A stretch of 64,000 bases of DNA, taken from a virus (taxonomy: Duplodnaviria > Caudoviricetes). The stretch covers positions 1,841 through 65,840 of IMG/VR virus record IMGVR_UViG_3300020577_002599. One strand, given 5' to 3'. The notes below the pieces were generated by a model. The model saw nothing but the letters and a program-made list of their open reading frames with translations, was not told the origin of the DNA and made no database searches. Shown piece by piece: positions 40,991-50,411 of this stretch (the stretch's first letter is position 1; every line of letters starts with the position of its first letter). A program made the translations under genes and the position numbers.

Positions 40991-42190
40991 TTAAGTCCAA
41001 ACATTAAAATATTTAACCTGAGATGATGGAGCGCAACCATCATAGTATAATCCATCTTCAGATATTAAAGTTCCTTGATATAGATTTATTTCAACAAAAG
41101 AAAGTCTTTCTCCTGGAGTTGTGTTCCAATACGTAGCTAAATCAAACTTAACTCTCAATGTATCACCACTTATTGATGAGCCTAAAAATTCGATAGGAGC
41201 TATAGAATTACTTCCATCTTCGTAATGAAAAGCATAAAAACCATAATCAACTCCATTTGATGTTATATTTCCATTAAACTTAAGGTCTATTCCATTTATA
41301 GGGTATAATGTTTCATCATAAGAAAAAGACCCTCCGTTTGAGAAGTAAGTAGTGTTAGTTATACTATTCAATAACTCAGACCCAATTAACTTAACCTCTG
41401 TCTTAGGAGTATAAACTATTGTTGTTTCTCCTGTTACTGTTGTAACATCTAACTCGTCACTAGGACTTGTTATGCTTGATATGTAATTAGTAGGAATATC
41501 TGATAAATAAGCAACTGTTCCTGATGCATTTTGAAACGTAGCTGTTCTATTATCAGTAAGAGTCTCGGTATTTAATTTAAAAGAAAAAGGGTTTGATGAA
41601 TTAAATACTGAAATAGAGCCATCTCTTAATAAAAATAAATCTATATCTTCTTTGTTTTTAATAAAAAAATCTCCATCAGAAACATAAACCTTCCAATATC
41701 CATCTTCAAATGCATCAGAATCATAAAGGCTCAATTCTCCTATACTTGCATTTCTTTGAGATATGTTTCCCTGCTCTAAAACGGAATCTAAATCTTGTAA
41801 GTTAGCATTTATTACAGAAGTAATATCAATCTCTGTGAAATCATTGGCTACAGCTTGCGATTCTCCTACACCATAAACAGCATTATTCTTTCTAAATATG
41901 TATGTTTTACCATTTAAAATTAAGAATATTATTTCGTATTGTAATACCTCAATAGCAGGGTCTTGATTATTTATCCAAGATTCAGGAGTCAAGTATGTTT
42001 CACTTGTTTCTGTTATCGTAGTAATCTTTAATGTTCCTCCAGTTTCAGGTTCAAGACCAGATAATACATACTGTCTTAAATTAGCTACGTTGTAATTCTT
42101 TGTCTGAGATAGGTTGTCAGCATCACTACCAATTACAATGTCATTATCTGATATTTGATTATCTACGCTATATGTTTTTATTCTTGCCAT
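40991..42190 (-). CDS. Tail fibre/appendage protein
   Basis: N-terminal MARIKTY..D..IG.D..TKNY module shared with the next gene; beta-rich. Confidence 0.55.
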   Translation of the reverse strand: MARIKTYSVDNQISDNDIVIGSDADNLSQTKNYNVANLRQYVLSGLEPETGGTLKITTITETSETYLTPESWINNQDPAIEVLQYEIIFLILNGKTYIFRKNNAVYGVGESQAVANDFTEIDITSVINANLQDLDSVLEQGNISQRNASIGELSLYDSDAFEDGYWKVYVSDGDFFIKNKEDIDLFLLRDGSISVFNSSNPFSFKLNTETLTDNRTATFQNASGTVAYLSDIPTNYISSITSPSDELDVTTVTGETTIVYTPKTEVKLIGSELLNSITNTTYFSNGGSFSYDETLYPINGIDLKFNGNITSNGVDYGFYAFHYEDGSNSIAPIEFLGSSISGDTLRVKFDLATYWNTTPGERLSFVEINLYQGTLISEDGLYYDGCAPSSQVKYFNVWT

Positions 42191-42200
42191 ATTTTTTTAT

Positions 42201-42794
42201 TTATATTGATTTTTGAGTTCTTTGAACAAAGAATATAATGTCCCAAATTAACATTGTATGACTAGGATTTATAACTACACTTAAACCATTAGTTACAACA
42301 TCTTCATCAGAATAATATTGGAACATTTTAGAAAAAGAATGTTCAACACCGCTTCCTTTTGGAAAAGTAAACGTATCAGTTACTCTTTCATAAGGCGTTC
42401 CATTACCTCCTTTTAATTTTATTTCAGCATATCCATTTGCGTTAGATATAGAAGCCTTAAATGCAATGGTAACGATATAGCAACTATTTGCTTTTTCAGA
42501 AAATATTTTACTTCCGTTGTAAAAAGAAAAATCTCCAACTTCAATAATATTAGAAGCATTATTTGGAACTACATTATCATTAGATTGTATTAATACTTTT
42601 TTAATACCTGAGACGTATTGACCATCATCATATCTTCCCCACCCTAATTGTTGATTTATCCCACTAGTGAAATATGATTTTAATTCAGATAACTTATAAT
42701 TCTTTGTTTTTTCAGAATCATTTATATCTGTCCCAATTAGTTTGTCATTATCATTTAAAGATAAGTCGTTTGTGTATGTTTTTATTCTTGCCAT
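42201..42794 (-). CDS. Tail fibre/appendage protein (paralogous N-terminus)
   Basis: Same MARIKTY N-terminal module. Confidence 0.55.
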   Translation of the reverse strand: MARIKTYTNDLSLNDNDKLIGTDINDSEKTKNYKLSELKSYFTSGINQQLGWGRYDDGQYVSGIKKVLIQSNDNVVPNNASNIIEVGDFSFYNGSKIFSEKANSCYIVTIAFKASISNANGYAEIKLKGGNGTPYERVTDTFTFPKGSGVEHSFSKMFQYYSDEDVVTNGLSVVINPSHTMLIWDIIFFVQRTQKSI

Positions 42795-42797
42795 AAT

Positions 42798-43262
42798 TTA
42801 TTCTTTTATCTCAAAATGCATCCAGTCGTAATTTTTTTCAACTCCTAACGAGATAAATCCGTGTTTATAAAAAATATCTATCATAGGTTTATATTCAGGT
42901 CTTGCAAATCTAGCTGTTCTTGATGTTTCTTTTAATTTATTTCTTGCAGGATCTAAATCTATTGCCACAGCCCAAGAGTGAGTACTCCAATCGTCACCAC
43001 CTCTCATTTTTCTAAAATTAAAACAACCGCCAAACAAATCAATTCCAAGCTCTTTTATTTTATTATATCCATACACTCTATGAATCTCATTAAACACAGC
43101 TAAAAATTTATCAGCAACTAATTTGTGGCATCTCATTTTATTTACAGATGTATCTACATCCCAAGCAAGCCTCATTGGATATGGAAGCTGTATTGTAACA
43201 AGATAACCTTCTCCTGTAACGTTAGGTTTTCCGTATTTAGCTATCAGCTGTTTTGTTGTCAT
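42798..43262 (-). CDS. Endolysin, M15-family peptidase (L-Ala-D-Glu / D-Ala-D-Ala type)
   Basis: [20 protein letters not shown] and DWMHFE zinc-ligand motifs. Confidence 0.9.
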   Translation of the reverse strand: MTTKQLIAKYGKPNVTGEGYLVTIQLPYPMRLAWDVDTSVNKMRCHKLVADKFLAVFNEIHRVYGYNKIKELGIDLFGGCFNFRKMRGGDDWSTHSWAVAIDLDPARNKLKETSRTARFARPEYKPMIDIFYKHGFISLGVEKNYDWMHFEIKE

Positions 43263-43839
43263 TGTTATTTTTATTTTTAATCAATTCAATTGTTTTCATA
43301 ATAGTATATACAATAGAAGCGCATAAAAGAATTATCTTTAAAGTAGCCTCTACGTTACTAAAACTTATTGCAAATGTCAAGCTATTAAATCCGTATATCT
43401 TCAAATCATTAATTGTCATTATTTTTTACTTTCATTAATCGTTCAACAATGTTCGTTGCGCCCTCAATAGCAATGTAGGAAGTTGCAATAATTACCCAAT
43501 CAGTCGAAGTAATAACACCGCTAAATAAACCAGCAGAAGCTACTACAAAAACTGTTAATTTTCTACTTACCCATTTTGATAAGAATAAGTCTATTTTTTC
43601 TTTTCTACTCATAAAATTAAACCAATTATAAGACCTCCTAACATAGTTAGTAAAATGTCTCCTTGTGAATACTTTGCTTTTAAGTGAGAAACTAAAGCAC
43701 ATAACCAAACGCCAATAATTAAACCTGTTAAATTGCCTAAAATTAAGTTTGGCAAAAAAGCAATTAGAATACCTCCTGCAATATGCAAGAGGCTTCTATT
43801 TTTCCAGTTCTTTGTAAAATCAATTAATTTCTTCAACAT
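43237..43839 (-). CDS. Three small membrane proteins, holin/antiholin candidates (43237-43419, 43409-43612, 43609-43839)
   Basis: Each has 1-3 hydrophobic helices; directly upstream of the endolysin. Confidence 0.6.
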
Positions 43840-44029
43840 AAGGAGTATATTCTATTTTTTCTAATTTCTCTAATTGTGATTTTATTTCTGAAAAGTTAGG
43901 GTCATCTAAAACTTCTAAACCAACTATCCATCTATCACTTCCATCTTTTACAAATATAAGTTCAGAAGTTTTATTTTTGTAGCCATTAAGACTATTATAT
44001 TGTTCTGTATTTGGGTGTAGTACTAACAT
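43820..44029 (-). CDS. Small protein following the head-fibre gene
   Basis: 69-aa ORF in the operon. Confidence 0.5.
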   Translation of the reverse strand: MLVLHPNTEQYNSLNGYKNKTSELIFVKDGSDRWIVGLEVLDDPNFSEIKSQLEKLEKIEYTPYVEEIN

Positions 44030-44030
44030 A

Positions 44031-45077
44031 TTATAAAGAAGTTAAGTAAGTATCAAAAGCATCAACAAAATTATTATTTTCAGAAACCAAAGAAGCACCC
44101 ATTGCATACATAGATACTTTTGACGTGCTATATATAAAACCTTGTCTTAATATAAATTGACTTGAATTAGGTAAAGCAGTTGAAGTTGAAGTTCTTGCTG
44201 CTGAAGTTTTATTGTTAGCTAAAGTTAAGTTAGTAGAACTTGTCCTATGAATTGACTTCATACCTCTTACAGAAGTATATTCAAAAGCTGTATTCAATGT
44301 ATTGCTACCTGAGTTTAATCTTTGAGTGTTAAAGCTACCTAACCTAATACCATTAGTGTCTATAAGATTTCCATCAACCCTATCATTTGCTACAGGTGCA
44401 AAAATATAAATATATCTACTTGCATTGTTTAACTGATAATTTGAAGCATTTAAAAATGGTGTAAAATTAGTGTTTATATGACTACTTGTACCATTTCCAT
44501 TAAAACCTTCATTTGTTGTAAAAGTTGGACTATTTACAGCGGTTAAAAGTGATAATCTTTTCCAATCAATTAAAGCAAAATTTGAACTTCCATCAGTAGC
44601 GAAATTTGCAAAAGTGTCAAGTTTTGACCACACGCCAGCAGTTTTCAAACTACTTAATAAAACACTTTGTTTTAATCTTTGTGATACACTAGGCAACGTA
44701 TAGTTTTGCGTAGTAGCGTAATCTAATACAGCTTTATAGTCTGAATCATAAATAACTAAAGAATTGCTATTTACATAAGCACTCGTTCCATCTGTATCAG
44801 TTGCAGCTACTTTACAAATTATACTTTTATTCAAATCAGCACTTACTAAAGTATAAGTGCTATTTGTAGCTCCTGAAATATTTACGCCATCACGTGTCCA
44901 TTGATATAAATACCCTATAACACCTGTATCACTTGTCCAAGTTCCTGTTGTAGAAGTAAGAGTGTTTCCTACTAATGCAGTTCCACTAATTACAGGAGCA
45001 ATAGTATTTACAGGAACTAATTTGTCAGTCCTTATTCCACCATTTCTTCCTATTGCATTTGCTATAGCTATAATCAT
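44031..45077 (-). CDS. Head fibre/spike protein with Ig-like domain
   Basis: MIIAIANAIG N-terminus; VNTIAPVISGTALVGNTLTSTTGTW..YQW Ig-like domain; follows the spike-base gene. Confidence 0.6.
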   Translation of the reverse strand: MIIAIANAIGRNGGIRTDKLVPVNTIAPVISGTALVGNTLTSTTGTWTSDTGVIGYLYQWTRDGVNISGATNSTYTLVSADLNKSIICKVAATDTDGTSAYVNSNSLVIYDSDYKAVLDYATTQNYTLPSVSQRLKQSVLLSSLKTAGVWSKLDTFANFATDGSSNFALIDWKRLSLLTAVNSPTFTTNEGFNGNGTSSHINTNFTPFLNASNYQLNNASRYIYIFAPVANDRVDGNLIDTNGIRLGSFNTQRLNSGSNTLNTAFEYTSVRGMKSIHRTSSTNLTLANNKTSAARTSTSTALPNSSQFILRQGFIYSTSKVSMYAMGASLVSENNNFVDAFDTYLTSL

Positions 45078-45078
45078 A

Positions 45079-45336
45079 TTACCAAAGAGCTATGATGTTA
45101 TCTGCCGTTGTTCCAGAATTTAAAACCCTAACTACTTGAACTGGAAAAAAAGTTCCATCAGGTATGTTATAGAAAGTTTCTTCATCTCCTCCAACAGTTA
45201 ATACTGTTAAATCACCTCCTGTTCCAATATACAAAACAACTCCACTTTTAGGTGCTTCTGTACTTTCTGATATGTTATTTGTATCACTTGGACTTACTTT
45301 TGCAGCTCTATTCGCTTGTAATTTTTGATATGACAT
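45079..45336 (-). CDS. Head spike base protein (RcGTA Rcc01079-like)
   Basis: A..VSPSD..LYIGTGGDL.V..F..IP.GTFFPVQVVRV..SGTTA..I.AL pattern. Confidence 0.7.
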   Translation of the reverse strand: MSYQKLQANRAAKVSPSDTNNISESTEAPKSGVVLYIGTGGDLTVLTVGGDEETFYNIPDGTFFPVQVVRVLNSGTTADNIIALW

Positions 45337-45354
45337 TTTTTATATTTTTTAAAG

Positions 45355-45699
45355 TTATTTCTTTTTTACGCTTTTTACTCTTTTACCCATTCCTACTCTA
45401 GATTTCTCAGCCTTCTTTTTAGATAATAAAGAAGAAGACATTTCTGATTTAGTTACTGGTGTTTTTGAAGACACTCTTTTACTTGGTCTACAATACTCAT
45501 TCTTTCCTCCTGCACCGCAAGCTTTTCCACTTTTAGTATCTATCCACTTCTCTTTTTCCCATCTTTTTAAAGAACTTCCTTTTTCAGTCTTCTTAACATT
45601 TCCTGAGGCTTTTCTGCATTTAGCTATTGCTTGAGATGCTCTTGCTGATGGAAAAACTTCGTATGATGCTTTTACTTTTTTATAACAAGAATCTTTCAT
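45355..45699 (-). CDS. Small basic protein (DUF5872-like)
   Basis: CY.KVK..PSA.AS..KCRK and L.RW.KEKW motifs; Lys-rich. Confidence 0.55.
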   Translation of the reverse strand: MKDSCYKKVKASYEVFPSARASQAIAKCRKASGNVKKTEKGSSLKRWEKEKWIDTKSGKACGAGGKNEYCRPSKRVSSKTPVTKSEMSSSLLSKKKAEKSRVGMGKRVKSVKKK

Positions 45700-45702
45700 A
45701 GA

Positions 45703-45951
45703 CTACCATAATTTAGTACAAGCAAGGTGTCTTGGTGTTCCAGGTTTAGCTGTATCACAATTATGTCTTGCGTGAAAATTCTTTTTTCTTTTAGGGTCTT
45801 TATGTTTTGTAAAGTCAGAATACCCTTTTGCTCCTGCGTGAACTAAAGTTTCTTTCCCATTCACACAATACTTCTTCATTATTTTCTTTCCTGGTCGAGT
45901 AGATTTTCTTACCTCTCCACATTTCATACTACTCTTAACTGACTTTGCCAT
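45703..45951 (-). CDS. Small basic protein (DUF5754-like)
   Basis: VHAGAKGYSDFTKHKDPKRKKNFHARH motif. Confidence 0.6.
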   Translation of the reverse strand: MAKSVKSSMKCGEVRKSTRPGKKIMKKYCVNGKETLVHAGAKGYSDFTKHKDPKRKKNFHARHNCDTAKPGTPRHLACTKLW

Positions 45952-45977
45952 AAAAAATTATTTTTATTAAATCTCTG

Positions 45978-46009
45978 CAAAGATACGAAATAAAAAAAGT
46001 GTATATTTG
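45978..46009. promoter_or_regulatory. Back-to-back divergent promoters (late operon / groEL)
   Basis: Minus-strand TATCTTTG at 45978-45985 and plus-strand TATATTTG at 46002-46009. Confidence 0.7.
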
Positions 46010-46033
46010 CAATATAAAAAAATGTAATTTAAT

Positions 46034-47590
46034 ATGATTGTAAAAGAAGTTAAATTTAATTCAGATGCAAAAGACCCACTAATTAAGGGTATCAACACTG
46101 TATGTGACGCAGTAGCATCCACAATGGGATATCGAGGAAGAACTGTACTAATTGAAAGTGCAGGAGGTCTTCCAATCGTAACTAAAGACGGAGTTAGTGT
46201 TGCAGAGAGTATTTTCCTTGAAGACGCAACAGAAAGTCTTGGTGCAGAGTTTGTAAAACAAGCTTGTAGAAAAACCGTTAATGAAGCAGGAGATTCAACT
46301 ACTTGTACAGCAGTACTTACAAAAGCAATATTAAAGTCAGCGGAAAGTGCTTTAGCTTTAGGTGTTTCTGCTATTGATGTAAAGAATGGTATTGATTCTG
46401 CTGTAAAAGATGTGGTTGAACATTTAAAATCAAATGCAAGACAAGTTGATGATTCTTACTTATATGATGTAGCTCGTATTTCTTCTAATAATGACGAGTT
46501 CTTAGGAGGAATCATTGCAGACGCTTTTATTAAGGCAGGAAAGAATGGAGTTGTGTCTTATGAGGAGTCAGACACTTCTGAAACCTATGTTGATTTTATT
46601 AATGGTCTTCCAATTGCAAGAGGATATGAATTTGAAGGTTTTGTGAATAAACCAGAGAATAGAAGCATTGAGTTTGCTAATAATCCTTACATCTTATTAT
46701 CTAACAGAAGATTCCAAAATATTAGAGAGCTTTTGCCTGTGATTGAGTTTTGTCACAAGTCAAACCGAGAGTTGTTGATTGTTTCTGAAATGGAATTTGA
46801 GGTAATGAAGGTTTTATACGCAAACAAAAAGAATGGTCTTAAAGTAGCTGTAATTATACCACCAAGTATAGGTGAGAAAAGAAGAGATTACTTAACAGAT
46901 ATTTCTTTAGTTACAGGGGGTTTAATTGTGGACCTTGACACATCTACAAACATTGAAGGATATGACATGAATCAACTTTTAGGTTCTTGTAGTCGTCTTA
47001 CTGTTACAAAAGAGGATACTGTGCTATTCTTTAATGAAGAACAAAATAAAGAAGGTGTTGAAGCAAAAATTAAAGAACTTGAAGAAGTAATTAAGAATTC
47101 AAACAACAAACTTGAAAAAGAATACTTGAAAGATAGAATCTCAAAACTTGCTTGTGGTGTTTCTGTAATTAAAGTAGGTGCTTCTACTGAAGTTGAACTT
47201 AAAGAGAAGATTGATAGGGTAGATGACGCTATAAATGCAGTTAAGAGTGCTTTGTCTGAAGGAGTTGTTTCTGGAGGAGGATTAGCTTTGTATGAGGCTT
47301 CTAAAAACCAAAAAGTAATATTATCTGCTGGATATCAAGCATTATTATCTGCTATTAAAGCTCCAATTAAAACTATATTATCTAATGCTGATGTTAATTT
47401 AGAAGATGTAGACTACAAACTCGGAAATGGTATTGGATATGATGTAAAAGAGTATGAAACCTGCAATATGTTTGAGAGAGGTATTATTGATCCACTTAAA
47501 GCAATTAGATTAGCTTTAGAGAATGCTGCAAGTGTGGCTACAACAGTTTTATTAACCAACACAACAATTACAAATAAAAGAAGTGTATGA
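46034..47590 (+). CDS. groEL: Phage-encoded chaperonin GroEL
   Basis: VTKDGVSVA, AGDSTT, AGKNGVV, VIKVGASTEVELKEKIDRVDDA, GVVSGGG and GIIDP motifs. Confidence 0.95.
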   Translation: MIVKEVKFNSDAKDPLIKGINTVCDAVASTMGYRGRTVLIESAGGLPIVTKDGVSVAESIFLEDATESLGAEFVKQACRKTVNEAGDSTTCTAVLTKAILKSAESALALGVSAIDVKNGIDSAVKDVVEHLKSNARQVDDSYLYDVARISSNNDEFLGGIIADAFIKAGKNGVVSYEESDTSETYVDFINGLPIARGYEFEGFVNKPENRSIEFANNPYILLSNRRFQNIRELLPVIEFCHKSNRELLIVSEMEFEVMKVLYANKKNGLKVAVIIPPSIGEKRRDYLTDISLVTGGLIVDLDTSTNIEGYDMNQLLGSCSRLTVTKEDTVLFFNEEQNKEGVEAKIKELEEVIKNSNNKLEKEYLKDRISKLACGVSVIKVGASTEVELKEKIDRVDDAINAVKSALSEGVVSGGGLALYEASKNQKVILSAGYQALLSAIKAPIKTILSNADVNLEDVDYKLGNGIGYDVKEYETCNMFERGIIDPLKAIRLALENAASVATTVLLTNTTITNKRSV

Positions 47591-47838
47591 AAGTAGTATT
47601 AAGAAATATTCTTGTAAAAGAAATTAAGGAAGATATTAAGACTCAAAGTGGTATTTATCTTGGAGATGGTCAAGACGTTAAGTTTCATAGAGGTGAAGTT
47701 ATCGCTATAGGTGAGGATATTGATAAGGTTAGTATCGGAGAAACAATTTGGTTTGATAGACATAGGACATATCCAATCAATTATCAAGGAGTAGAGTATT
47801 TGGTAATGAACTACGAGAATGTAGTTATAATAGAATAA
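47587..47838 (+). CDS. groES: Co-chaperonin GroES
   Basis: ILVK..KTQSGIYL mobile loop, GEVIAIG, G.EYLVM; overlaps the groEL stop. Confidence 0.85.
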   Translation: MKVVLRNILVKEIKEDIKTQSGIYLGDGQDVKFHRGEVIAIGEDIDKVSIGETIWFDRHRTYPINYQGVEYLVMNYENVVIIE

Positions 47839-47859
47839 ATTTTAACCAATAAAACAAAA

Positions 47860-48331
47860 ATGACTTATTATCCTTTTAATAAAGAATTTAGATTTGCAAA
47901 AAAAGAAGAATCTCCAAAAAATTCAGCTATCTTTAAAGAAGTAATTGAAGATAAAACACATCTTTTGGAAATTGATTTAGATTTGTTACCTAAAGAATTA
48001 ACAGAAGAACAAAAATTAAATTTTGCTAAAAGTATTTACAGAATTTTAATATATTAATCATAATGCTCTGGGCGAGCTTTGTAAAACCCAAATATATATA
48101 TATATGGCTATTAAAGTAAATGGATTAAGTCAAGAGCCTAATAAGAATAAGGCTAAAAAAAACACAATGTTTGATTATCAAAATGTACACACTGGTAGTA
48201 GTTCTACTCATCCAGGAGTTAAAAAAGCTAAAGAAGACAAGAAAAAAGCTGATGCAAACTTAAAAACTTACAAAGAAAAAATTCAAAAACAAAAAACTGA
48301 AGCTATTAAAAAAGCACAAGTAAAAAAGTAA
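47860..48331 (+). CDS. Two small proteins (47860-48057; Lys-rich 48104-48331)
   Basis: ATG ORFs before a terminator. Confidence 0.55.
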
Positions 48332-48335
48332 GAAT

Positions 48336-48370
48336 AAAAAAGGAGGGTTTAATTGCCCTCCATTTTTTTT
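48336..48370. terminator. Bidirectional terminator
   Basis: A run-GGAGGG-TTTAATTG-CCCTCC-A-T run between convergent genes. Confidence 0.75.
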
Positions 48371-49002
48371 ATCATTTCTTTTTCAAGTAATAGCTCTGAC
48401 CTCCTTTTGTTATACTCAATCATAATGTTTGCTACAACCTCATTCTTTAAACCAGATTCATAATGTTTAGCCACTCCTTCAAAGTGCCTATCCTCAAACT
48501 CATTAATCATTAGTAACTTCTTATAAATATCGGAAACTTTCAAATTTGCTTTTTTCGTCAATCTATAAAGCTTTTTAGTTGAGGTTTTAATTTTATCATT
48601 TCCAGGCATTGCTTCTACAAGACCAAGTTCTAAGAATCTATGAAGTTGTTTACCTCTTCCCATACAAGCCTTGCAATAAATATCAAACTCTTTCTTTGTA
48701 AAGATTGGCTCTGAGTAAAAATACATCATCATTTCTATCTCATCAAAAGTAAGACCATTTACAATTGCAAAGTATCTCTTAACAATACCATAGTACTTTA
48801 AAATATCAAACTCTCTATCTACAAGAATGGTTTTCCTATCTATAGTACGCTTTTGGTACTTTCTCTTCATAGGTCTATACTTCTTCTTGTTGTCAACAGC
48901 TATCTTTGAACTTTCACGCAAGAAAGAAGCTATTTCAGACACTATCTTTTCAGAGTTGACTGTTTGTTCGTTTTCTTTTAGAAAGTCCTTAAAATCGCTC
49001 AT
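48349..49002 (-). CDS. Winged-helix (MarR-like) protein
   Basis: Helical core followed by LELGLVEAM..KKLYRLTKKA wing. Confidence 0.5.
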   Translation of the reverse strand: MSDFKDFLKENEQTVNSEKIVSEIASFLRESSKIAVDNKKKYRPMKRKYQKRTIDRKTILVDREFDILKYYGIVKRYFAIVNGLTFDEIEMMMYFYSEPIFTKKEFDIYCKACMGRGKQLHRFLELGLVEAMPGNDKIKTSTKKLYRLTKKANLKVSDIYKKLLMINEFEDRHFEGVAKHYESGLKNEVVANIMIEYNKRRSELLLEKEMIKKMEGN

Positions 49003-49005
49003 AAA

Positions 49006-49284
49006 TTACTTTTTACCTCCTCTCGCTCTTTTATCTCCAGGTGAATCTGATTTACTTCCACGATTTGCTGAAGCTTTTTTGAATCCTACAATTTTTTTAC
49101 CTTCGTGTTTTGCATCAAGACCATCTCCGTTTCCATAAGTACCTTTATCTCTATTGTACTTGTTCAACTCAGCTCTTTTTTTCTTCTGCTCTGGTTTTTT
49201 ATTAAATTCCTTATTATAGGCATTTTTTTTTGCCTTGCTTTCGGGATTTTTGTCGTAATACTCTTTTGATTTTCCTTTAGGCAT
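49006..49284 (-). CDS. Small basic protein, degenerate HNH-like
   Basis: KRAELNKYNR..GNGDGLDAKH..ASANRG resembles small phage HNH-derived proteins. Confidence 0.45.
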   Translation of the reverse strand: MPKGKSKEYYDKNPESKAKKNAYNKEFNKKPEQKKKRAELNKYNRDKGTYGNGDGLDAKHEGKKIVGFKKASANRGSKSDSPGDKRARGGKK

Positions 49285-49288
49285 CTTT

Positions 49289-49675
49289 TTATTCGTTTTT
49301 AAGTTTTTGTATTTCGTTTAATAGTTCGTATCTTTCTCTTTGTATAAGTTCATATTCAATGTAGGGAAGAATGTCATCCTCTTTACAATCAAACCACAAA
49401 TCATATATTGCATCTGAAAATACCATTACTTGTGATTCGTCTGAAGCAAAACCATCATCTCCAAAAAAAACATCATCTTCTTGGTCGCATACTATTGAAG
49501 CGATAACAGACACAGGCATAGTTAGCTTTAATATGTCTTCTTCACCTAGTAAAGAATTGACCATATCTACAATAAATATAGCTTGAGAAACCACATCATC
49601 TTCCTCTATTATTTTATCTACCTGATTGAAGAATGCTTCATCTACGGTAGTAAGTTGTATAAAATTGTCTTCCAT
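49289..49675 (-). CDS. Acidic hypothetical protein
   Basis: 128-aa Asp/Glu-rich ORF. Confidence 0.6.
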   Translation of the reverse strand: MEDNFIQLTTVDEAFFNQVDKIIEEDDVVSQAIFIVDMVNSLLGEEDILKLTMPVSVIASIVCDQEDDVFFGDDGFASDESQVMVFSDAIYDLWFDCKEDDILPYIEYELIQRERYELLNEIQKLKNE

Positions 49676-49992
49676 TCTTTATCTGTTACGTTAATTACTT
49701 CTGTGTATGTTCCTCTTGAAATGTTCCTTAAATCAGATTCATCGTTATCTATGTGAATATCAATGCCTTGCATAAAGAATTCTTTTCCTTCTCCGTTAGT
49801 GTAAACAATTTTGCTTATACCAAGTCTATCTGTTATTTTTATTAAGTCTTGATTAAGATACTTATTATGTCTTGTTGTTGTAACAATTACATTGAAACCT
49901 TTATCAATTAAATCTTTAGCTACATCTTGAACTGAAGGTAATGACAAAGTGGCATCAAAATCAAAACTAATTATAATTTTTTCATTTTCCAT
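49642..49992 (-). CDS. HAD-superfamily hydrolase-like protein
   Basis: ISFDFDATLS motif I, VIVTTTR motif II, HIDND motif IV. Confidence 0.7.
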   Translation of the reverse strand: MENEKIIISFDFDATLSLPSVQDVAKDLIDKGFNVIVTTTRHNKYLNQDLIKITDRLGISKIVYTNGEGKEFFMQGIDIHIDNDESDLRNISRGTYTEVINVTDKEWKTILYNLLP

Positions 49993-49996
49993 AAAT

Positions 49997-50332
49997 TTAA
50001 TTTATATCATTATGGTATAATTGGTCTTCACACTCTTCATTTATAAAAGACCACTTGATGTAATGGTAAAACCTAATATCTGCTAACAAAGATAAAGTAT
50101 CTAAAGCTTTATAATCTTCTTTAGTTATGAGATATCCATCTATAACTCCAAAAATGTCATAGTAATTATCTTCAATTAAAACCACAACATCTGGTAGTTC
50201 GTCATCTTCTGATTCTTTTATAAGTACCTTTCCTTTGAATTTATTTGACAGCATTAAGCTAAACACAAAAGGAGAGATACTCGAAACACTTGATATAAAG
50301 TCTTCTATATATTTTTCTACTTTTTCAACCAT
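49997..50332 (-). CDS. Hypothetical protein
   Basis: 111-aa ORF downstream of promoter box 50350-50357. Confidence 0.6.
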   Translation of the reverse strand: MVEKVEKYIEDFISSVSSISPFVFSLMLSNKFKGKVLIKESEDDELPDVVVLIEDNYYDIFGVIDGYLITKEDYKALDTLSLLADIRFYHYIKWSFINEECEDQLYHNDIN

Positions 50333-50349
50333 AAAATTAAAACTTTTTA

Positions 50350-50389
50350 CAAATGTAAATAAAAAAGACCAATCTAATGACTGGTCTTA
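50350..50389 (-). promoter_or_regulatory. Terminator fused to a TACATTTG promoter
   Basis: Minus strand: AGACCA..TGGTCT hairpin, T tract, then TACATTTG. Confidence 0.65.
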
Positions 50390-50411
50390 ATTCTTATCTA
50401 TAAAGTAGGTT

